Positions 58,374 through 64,000 of a DNA stretch of 64,000 nucleotides are shown piece by piece; positions within the stretch are counted from its first letter, which is position 1, and the number at the start of each line of letters is the position of its first letter. The notes beneath the pieces are model-generated. The model was not told where the DNA came from, did no database searches, and was given only the letters and a program-made list of their open reading frames with translations. The DNA comes from an uncultured Dialister sp. (GTDB taxonomy: Bacteria; Bacillota; Negativicutes; Veillonellales; Dialisteraceae): contig NZ_UPZP01000001.1 in the NCBI RefSeq assembly GCF_900538805.1, forward strand, positions 555-64,554, given 5' to 3'. Position numbers and translations under genes: made by a program.

Positions 58374-59609
58374 TCAGCTGTCCTTCCTCGTGAGGATGGG
58401 TTCGGAGTGGTTCTTCACCACTTCTTCCGTCACCGTGCACTTCACCACGTCCTTCATGCTGGGGATTTCATACATGACGTGCTGCATGATTTTTTCAATG
58501 ATGGCACGAAGTCCCCGGGCCCCCGTATTTCTTTCGATGGCCTGGCGGGCAATGGCGTGGATGGCGCCGTCGTCAAATTCCAGTTCCACATGGTCCATGG
58601 CCAGAAGTTTCTGGTACTGACGGACAAGGGCGTTCTTCGGTTCCGTGAGAATCTTCACAAGGGCCTCTTCATTCAAAGGATGGAGAGGAACAATCACAGG
58701 GAGACGGCCGATAAATTCGGGAATGAGACCGAATTTCAGGAGATCCTCCGGCTGCACCTGCTGCAGGAGCTCTGCCATGTCCTTTTCATCCTTCTTCTCG
58801 ATATCCGCACCGAATCCCATGACGCTCTTGGTGAGACGGCGGTCAATGACCTTGTCGATGCCTGCAAAGGCGCCGCCGCAGATGAAGAGGATATTGGTGG
58901 TGTCGATCTGGATCATTTCCTGGTTCGGATGCTTCCTGCCGCCCTGGGGCGGTACGCTGGCCACGGTGCCTTCCAGAATCTTCAGCAGGGCCTGCTGCAC
59001 CCCTTCGCCGGATACGTCCCTGGTGATGGAGGGGTTTTCCGATTTCCTTGCGATTTTATCGATTTCATCGATATAGACAATGCCCCGTTCCGCCTTGTCG
59101 ATATCGTAGTCCGCCGCCTGGATGAGGCGGAGGAGAATGTTTTCCACGTCTTCCCCTACATAGCCGGCTTCCGTAAGGGTGGTGGCGTCGGAGATGGCAA
59201 AGGGTACATCCAGGAAACGGGCCAGGGTCTGGGCAAGGAGTGTCTTGCCGCTGCCGGTGGGCCCCAGCATGATGATGTTGGACTTCTGCAGCTCCACATC
59301 ATCGTCTTCCCCTTCGTGTTCAATGCGCTTGTAGTGGTTGTACACAGCCACGGCCAGTGCCATTTTCGCATCGTCCTGTTCGATGACATACTGGTCCATG
59401 TATTTCTTGATTTCTTCCGGCGTAGGCAGCTTGAAATGGGGCGCTGCCTTTTTCTTGTCTGCCTTCAGCTCTTCCCGGAGGATATTGGAGCACACTTCGA
59501 TGCATTCGTTGCAGATATAGACGCCGGGGCCGGCAATCAGTTTTTCCACTTCATCCCCGGAGCGGCCGCAGAAGCTGCAGACCGGAGTTCCTTCATTTTT
59601 CCTGTTCAA
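58374..59609 (-). CDS. clpX: ATP-dependent Clp protease ATP-binding subunit ClpX, TTG start.
   Basis: C4 zinc finger CSFCG...[12 protein letters not shown], and sensor motifs. The in-frame start is TTG 59609 with AAAGGAGG 7 nt upstream; there is no nearby in-frame ATG. Confidence 0.93.
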   Translation of the reverse strand: MNRKNEGTPVCSFCGRSGDEVEKLIAGPGVYICNECIEVCSNILREELKADKKKAAPHFKLPTPEEIKKYMDQYVIEQDDAKMALAVAVYNHYKRIEHEGEDDDVELQKSNIIMLGPTGSGKTLLAQTLARFLDVPFAISDATTLTEAGYVGEDVENILLRLIQAADYDIDKAERGIVYIDEIDKIARKSENPSITRDVSGEGVQQALLKILEGTVASVPPQGGRKHPNQEMIQIDTTNILFICGGAFAGIDKVIDRRLTKSVMGFGADIEKKDEKDMAELLQQVQPEDLLKFGLIPEFIGRLPVIVPLHPLNEEALVKILTEPKNALVRQYQKLLAMDHVELEFDDGAIHAIARQAIERNTGARGLRAIIEKIMQHVMYEIPSMKDVVKCTVTEEVVKNHSEPILTRKDS

Positions 59610-59621
59610 TGGAAACCTCCT

Positions 59622-60227
59622 TTATTTGGCAGTCATTTTCTGCAAATCATTGCGGGTCAGAATCTGGTCGATGAGGCCATAGTTCTTTGCCATTTCGGCG
59701 GTCATGAAATTGTCCCTTTCCGTGTCCCTGGCAATGGTTTCCAGCGGCTGTCCGCTGTGTTTGGAAAGAATGCCGTTCAGTTCTTCCCGAAGGCGCAGGA
59801 TTTCACGGGCATGGATTTCGATTTCCGTAGCCTGTCCCTGTACGCCGCCCAGGGGCTGGTGAATCATAATGTTGGAATGGGGCAGTGCATAGCGCTTGCC
59901 GGCGGCACCGGCGGTCAAAAGCACCGCTGCCATGCTGGCGCAGGAGCCGATGCAGATGGTAGATACATCGGGGCGGATATACTGCATGGTATCGTAAATG
60001 GCCAGCCCTGCGGTTACCACGCCGCCGGGGCTGTTGATGTAAAGATGGATATCCTTGGACGGATCTTCTGCTTCCAGGAAGAGGAGCTGGGCAATGATGA
60101 CATTGGCCATGTGGTCTTCAATCTGGCCGTCCAGGAATATGATGCGGTCCTTCAGAAGGCGGGAGTAAATGTCATAGGACCTTTCTCCCTGTGCTGTCTG
60201 CTCAACTACGATGGGTACATATGCCAT
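59622..60227 (-). CDS. clpP: ATP-dependent Clp protease proteolytic subunit.
   Basis: Ser-His-Asp triad context ([13 protein letters not shown]). ATG 60227. Confidence 0.95.
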   Translation of the reverse strand: MAYVPIVVEQTAQGERSYDIYSRLLKDRIIFLDGQIEDHMANVIIAQLLFLEAEDPSKDIHLYINSPGGVVTAGLAIYDTMQYIRPDVSTICIGSCASMAAVLLTAGAAGKRYALPHSNIMIHQPLGGVQGQATEIEIHAREILRLREELNGILSKHSGQPLETIARDTERDNFMTAEMAKNYGLIDQILTRNDLQKMTAK

Positions 60228-60387
60228 AGTGGTCACACCTTTCTTTCTTGGATACAGGAATTTCTCCATGAAATTCCGTTTTTTCCATATGGTCGAAAGA
60301 GACGCCGGTTCACCCCGCGTCTCTTTTTACAAACAATCAGTTTCCTGATATTCCATTCAGTGCTTCATAAGCAGCCGTGAAGGCAGA

Positions 60388-61899
60388 TTATTTGGATTCT
60401 GCCTGACGGATGGTTTCAATGATTTCAGCTTTTTTAGCTTTGGATTCCAGGGCAATGCCTTTTTCTGCGGCATAGGCTTTCAGGTCCTTTACTGTCATGG
60501 ATTCAAAGTTGTCTTTCTTTTCTTCCGCTTTCGGAGCTTCTTCAGCCTTGGGAGCTTCTTCTGCTTTGTCTTCAGCCTTGGCTTCTTCTGCTTCCTTCTT
60601 GTCAGCTTCAGCCTTCTTGGCTGCGCCGTAGATGAAAGCGGCTGCCTTCTTGCGGAGTACGGAATTGACCAGCATGCCTACGCGGTTTTCGTCTTTGATA
60701 ATCTTCATGACATCGTTGGGGTCAGCATTGAACTGATGAGCCATGCTGTATATTTCCATGGAGAGATCTTCGTTGGTCACGGTGAGATTTTCCTTGTCAG
60801 CAATGGTTTCCAGAACCAGTCCCTGACGTACCTGTTCAGCAGCCATCTTTTCATAGTTCTTGCGGAGCTGTTCCATGGTCTGGCCGATGTTCTTCAGGTA
60901 TTCTTCCATGGTGGTGTTTCTGGATTCCATGTTCAGTTTCATTTCGTCCACGATTTCGTCAATGCGCTGTTCCACCATTTCCTGGGGGATATCAACCTTG
61001 GCATTGGCTACAGCCTGGTTAACGAGAGCTTCATGGTAAGCTTCTTCTGCCTGCTGGAATGCCTGCAGCTGCATCTGCTGTTTCACAGCAGCCTTCAGTT
61101 CATCCATGGTTTCAAACTGGCTGATGGATTTAGCGAAATCATCATTCAGTTCAGGAAGCTGTTTGCGCTTTACGTCGCTGATATGGACTTCAAATTCTGC
61201 TTCCTTGCCCTTCAGTGCGTCTACGAAGTAGTTTTCCGGGAAGGTTACTTTAACGGTTACATCGTCGCCGGCCTTATGTCCTTCCAGCTGGTCTTCGAAG
61301 CCGGGGATAAAGCTCTGGGAACCGATTTCCAGAGGATAGGTCTTGCCTTCGCCGCCTTCAAAGGGCTTTCCGTCAATGGTGCCTTTGAAATCAATAACTG
61401 CGAAGTCGCCCTTCTTCAGTTCTGTGCCTTCTTCTGCCTTTTCTAGTCTTGCATTCTGTTCAGCAGCGCCTTTGAGCTGTGCCATCACCTGGTCATCGGT
61501 GATTTCGGGGGATGCCTTTTCAGCTTCCAGGCCTTTGTATTCGCCCAGTTCCACTTCCGGACGTTTTACGAAAGTAGCAGTGAAAGCGGCACCTTCTGCT
61601 TCGGAGAATTTGTCTTCCTTCACATCGGGAGCGGTGACGGGAATCAGCTTTTCCTGACGGAGTGCTGCGTCTACGGCTTCGTTGATGACAATGTCCTTGG
61701 CTTCTGCTTCAATGGCTTCCTTGCCGAAATGCATTTCCAGGATTTTGCGGCTTGCCTTGCCCTTACGGAAACCGGGGATTCTTACCTGGTTGGCAATGCG
61801 GGATACCGCTCTCTTGAATCCTTTCTGTACAACTTCAGCCGGCAGTTCGATGCCTACAGAAACCTTGTGCTGATCCAGTGCCTCTACTTTTACGTTCAT
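60388..61899 (-). CDS. tig: Trigger factor with a ~75 aa C-terminal extension.
   Basis: Ribosome-binding N-terminus (GFRKGK), FKBP PPIase domain and C-domain. The extra tail holds an EAK-rich region and MTVKDLKAYAAEKGIALESKAKKAEIIETI. Confidence 0.92.
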   Translation of the reverse strand: MNVKVEALDQHKVSVGIELPAEVVQKGFKRAVSRIANQVRIPGFRKGKASRKILEMHFGKEAIEAEAKDIVINEAVDAALRQEKLIPVTAPDVKEDKFSEAEGAAFTATFVKRPEVELGEYKGLEAEKASPEITDDQVMAQLKGAAEQNARLEKAEEGTELKKGDFAVIDFKGTIDGKPFEGGEGKTYPLEIGSQSFIPGFEDQLEGHKAGDDVTVKVTFPENYFVDALKGKEAEFEVHISDVKRKQLPELNDDFAKSISQFETMDELKAAVKQQMQLQAFQQAEEAYHEALVNQAVANAKVDIPQEMVEQRIDEIVDEMKLNMESRNTTMEEYLKNIGQTMEQLRKNYEKMAAEQVRQGLVLETIADKENLTVTNEDLSMEIYSMAHQFNADPNDVMKIIKDENRVGMLVNSVLRKKAAAFIYGAAKKAEADKKEAEEAKAEDKAEEAPKAEEAPKAEEKKDNFESMTVKDLKAYAAEKGIALESKAKKAEIIETIRQAESK

Positions 61900-62059
61900 A
61901 AAAAATATTCCTCCTTAAGTCGGCTTACCGACAAATGATACCTTTTTTGGTCCTTTTCATGTACGATAAATCGCAAGTTATATTTTAGCATAAAGGCTTT
62001 AAAAAAACAAATTTTTCGATAAAGATTATGGAAAAAGGCGGTTTTTCCGCCGGTTTTCT

Positions 62060-62941
62060 TTATGAAATACCATTTTCCGATAAGCTTTCCGCCAGGCGGA
62101 AGAAAAGGAGGGCGCTCTGGGCATGGATTTCCCCCTTCCGCCGGGCCAGGTACAGATTCGACAACAGGGACTCTTCAGAAAGCATCCCCAAAGTAAGGTC
62201 CCTGCTTTTTTCAAGCACCGTCACCGGCGCCACCGCCGCCCCCAGTCCTTCCTCCGCCCATTCCCTGCAGGTTCTGGCATCGTCGGCCACGCAGTACACA
62301 TCGGGGCGGTACTTTTCTTTCCCGCACTCCTCCAGTATGATTTTCTCCCACCGCCTGTAAAGGATGAGGGGCATGTCCCCCAAATCCCCAAGATGAAGGC
62401 TTCCTCCCCTAAAGAAGGAAAAGGCCTTTTTAGAAACGCCTACGGCCATGGCGGACTTTCCCAGGGAGATAAGGTCCAGACCGTAGAGGGAAAAGGGAGA
62501 GCGCAGGAGGGATACATCCACCTTCCCCTTCCGGAGCTGCTCTAAGAGCTCATAGCTGTTTCCTTCATACACCTTAATCTGGATGTGGGGATAGCGGTCC
62601 CTGTATTCCCGAAGGAGCCGGTAAAGTTCTCCATGGCCGCCGGAGGACACCATACCCAGACGAAGGATGCCCTGGTGCCCGGTCTTCAGCGTGCCGATTT
62701 CCTCCCGGGCCGCCGTTTCCAGGTCAAGCATTTCCACTGCATACCGGTACAGCCGGCTTCCCGCCTCCGTAGGCACCACCTGCCGGGCCCCTCTTTCAAA
62801 AAGGGTGGTGCCCAGTTCCTTTTCCAGAAGGTGCATCTGGCTGGAGAGTGGCGGCTGGGAAATATGGAGCTTCCTGGCGGCACCGGTAATGGTGCCCTCT
62901 TCTATAATGGTTTTAAAGTATCTGAGCTGCCTTAGGTCCAT
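62060..62941 (-). CDS. LysR-family transcriptional regulator.
   Basis: N-terminal helix-turn-helix (LRYFKTIIEEGTITGAARKLHISQPPLSSQMHLLEKELG) and a LysR substrate-binding domain. Confidence 0.9.
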   Translation of the reverse strand: MDLRQLRYFKTIIEEGTITGAARKLHISQPPLSSQMHLLEKELGTTLFERGARQVVPTEAGSRLYRYAVEMLDLETAAREEIGTLKTGHQGILRLGMVSSGGHGELYRLLREYRDRYPHIQIKVYEGNSYELLEQLRKGKVDVSLLRSPFSLYGLDLISLGKSAMAVGVSKKAFSFFRGGSLHLGDLGDMPLILYRRWEKIILEECGKEKYRPDVYCVADDARTCREWAEEGLGAAVAPVTVLEKSRDLTLGMLSEESLLSNLYLARRKGEIHAQSALLFFRLAESLSENGIS

Positions 62942-63020
62942 CTATATCTTCTCCATATGGTTTTTGATGAAATCAATATTTTTCATATGCCTTCATACCT
63001 GCTATGATACATGTATTCCA

Positions 63021-63039
63021 TTAAATATGCAATATTTAA
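63021..63039. promoter_or_regulatory. Palindromic LysR-type operator candidate in the LysR/chrA divergent region.
   Basis: ttaaatatgcaatatttaa (T-N11-A-like perfect inverted repeat). Confidence 0.4.
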
Positions 63040-63104
63040 TTTCGAGCCCGGTTGAATTGTATACACTAAAACTTATTGTATAGCCGGCAGGAAAGGATGG
63101 ACAG

Positions 63105-63666
63105 GATGAAATTACTATTACAGCTGTTTCTGATTTTTGCAAAAATGGGGGCTGTCACCTTCGGCGGCGGCTACGCCATGCTTCCCATTCTCCAGCGGGA
63201 GGTGGTGGACAACCACCACTGGGCCACGGAGGAGGAGCTCATGGACTACTATGCCCTGGGCCAGGTGACGCCGGGCATGATTGCGGTGAACGTGGCCACC
63301 TTCATCGGCCTCAAGCTCAAAGGCTTCTGGGGCGGCATTTTCGCCACCATCGGCGTCATCACCCCTTCCATGATCATCATCACCGTCATTGCCATGTTCC
63401 TCACCCAGTTTGAAGAAAATCCCTACGTGGCCCATGCATTTACGGGCATCCGGGCCTGCGTATGCATCCTCATCCTGGATGCGGTCATTAAACTGGGCAG
63501 GAAATCGGTGAAGGATAAAAGGACCCTCTTCATTTTCCTTGCCATTCTTCTGATTTCCCTCTTTGCTCCCGTGTCCCCCGTATTTTCTGTCATCGCCGCA
63601 GGCATGGCAGGGTTCTTCCTTATGCCCTCCGTTAAGAAAGCAAAGAAAGAGGGTGCTTCCAGATGA
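63105..63666 (+). CDS. chrA: Chromate transporter ChrA, N-terminal-half homologue (CHR short chain).
   Basis: MKLLLQLFLIFAKMGAVTFGGGYAMLP.. is the typical ChrA-family start; GGAAAGG 9 nt upstream. The track ORF starts at an upstream TTG. Confidence 0.8.
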
Positions 63667-64000
63667 TATGGCTCCAGATGTTCTGGGAATTTTTCAAGGC
63701 AGGCCTCTTTGCCGTAGGCGGCGGTCTCGCCACCCTTCCCTTCCTCTATGACATTTCCCAGCGTACCGGCTGGTTCACGGCGGAAGACATTGCCAACATG
63801 ATTGCCATTTCCGAATCCACCCCCGGTCCTTTGGGTGTCAATATGGCCACCTACGCCGGCTTCCAGGCCCTGGGCATTCCCGGCGGCATTTATACCACCC
63901 TGTCCCTCACGGCGCCGGCTATCATCGTCATTTCCATCGTTTATTCCATCCTGAAGAAATTCAAGGAATCGGAAATCATGGGCCGCATTTTCTACGGTCT
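63663..64000 (+). CDS. chrA: Chromate transporter ChrA, second short-chain half (partial, runs off the window).
   Basis: MIWLQMFWEFFKAGLFAVGGGLATLPF.. Start overlaps the upstream stop as ATGA. Confidence 0.8.
   Translation, partial: MIWLQMFWEFFKAGLFAVGGGLATLPFLYDISQRTGWFTAEDIANMIAISESTPGPLGVNMATYAGFQALGIPGGIYTTLSLTAPAIIVISIVYSILKKFKESEIMGRIFYG

Noticed and set aside
1-64000. Search for tRNA, rRNA or tmRNA genes in intergenic regions.
   Set aside because: All larger intergenic gaps are occupied by the repeat elements or by promoters and leaders. No cloverleaf-compatible segment with a T-loop GTTCRANYC context was found outside the repeats. The GGTTCAAA units of the tandem arrays are repeats, not T-loops.

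Overview
The window is a Firmicutes-type (probably Negativicutes / diderm Firmicute) chromosomal segment of about 57 % GC. Gene density is high and most genes lie on the minus strand. The ordering matches the ORF track only once TTG and GTG starts are allowed. TTG/GTG codons that the track writes as M occur at trmD, engB, clpX and the NUDIX gene.

Gene content, left to right:
- yebC (partial), a SPOUT-like methyltransferase, and the conserved trmD-rimM-ylqD-KH-rpsP-ffh-ylxM translation block.
- A signal-peptide-bearing argininosuccinate-lyase-like protein, a small low-GC hypothetical gene, B12-dependent ribonucleotide reductase nrdJ with an NrdR box, and gyrA.
- A membrane metallophosphoesterase, the mutT-like/mutY pair, an HD hydrolase, skp, and a ytfJ-DUF2953-WYL regulator-PAP2 operon.
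- A PhzF/MocR divergent pair, sucCD, a TerC-family protein, and an MsrA-like protein whose catalytic Cys is replaced by Pro.
- A complete succinate-to-propionate (methylmalonyl-CoA) pathway cluster with two acyl-CoA mutase systems: classical mutA-mutB-meaB, and a split large-subunit / small-B12-subunit / meaB set. It also carries methylmalonyl-CoA epimerase, decarboxylase subunits alpha, delta and gamma (biotin carrier), and a succinyl-CoA:propionate CoA-transferase.
- An O-antigen-ligase-family protein, an alanine symporter plus aminotransferase, an ArsB/NhaD-type permease, an SLH-like secreted protein, engB-lon-clpX-clpP-tig, and a LysR regulator divergent from a split chrA.

The most striking unexplained feature is a dense family of modular intergenic repeat elements, at least 13 loci in 64 kb, built from:
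- interchangeable 7-9 bp microsatellite-like tandems (CCCACTAG, GGTTCAAAR, GTCAGAC, GATAGAA, GCCGAAA, GCGGATA);
- REP-like GC hairpins, many closed by cUUCGg tetraloops;
- a conserved core ATTCTGAGCGNAGCGAAGAAT hairpin, enclosed by a covarying long-range helix (CCTTCCCGCC...GGCGGGAAGG);
- a roughly 113-120 bp unit that is amplified into tandem arrays (5x at 30.8-31.3 kb).

Other notable candidates:
- A cobalamin-riboswitch-like leader with its own promoter and terminator sits upstream of the B12-dependent mutA-mutB-meaB operon.
- A divergently transcribed standalone B12-binding-domain homologue has lost the DxHxxG cobalamin-ligand motif.

No rRNA, tRNA or CRISPR was detected.
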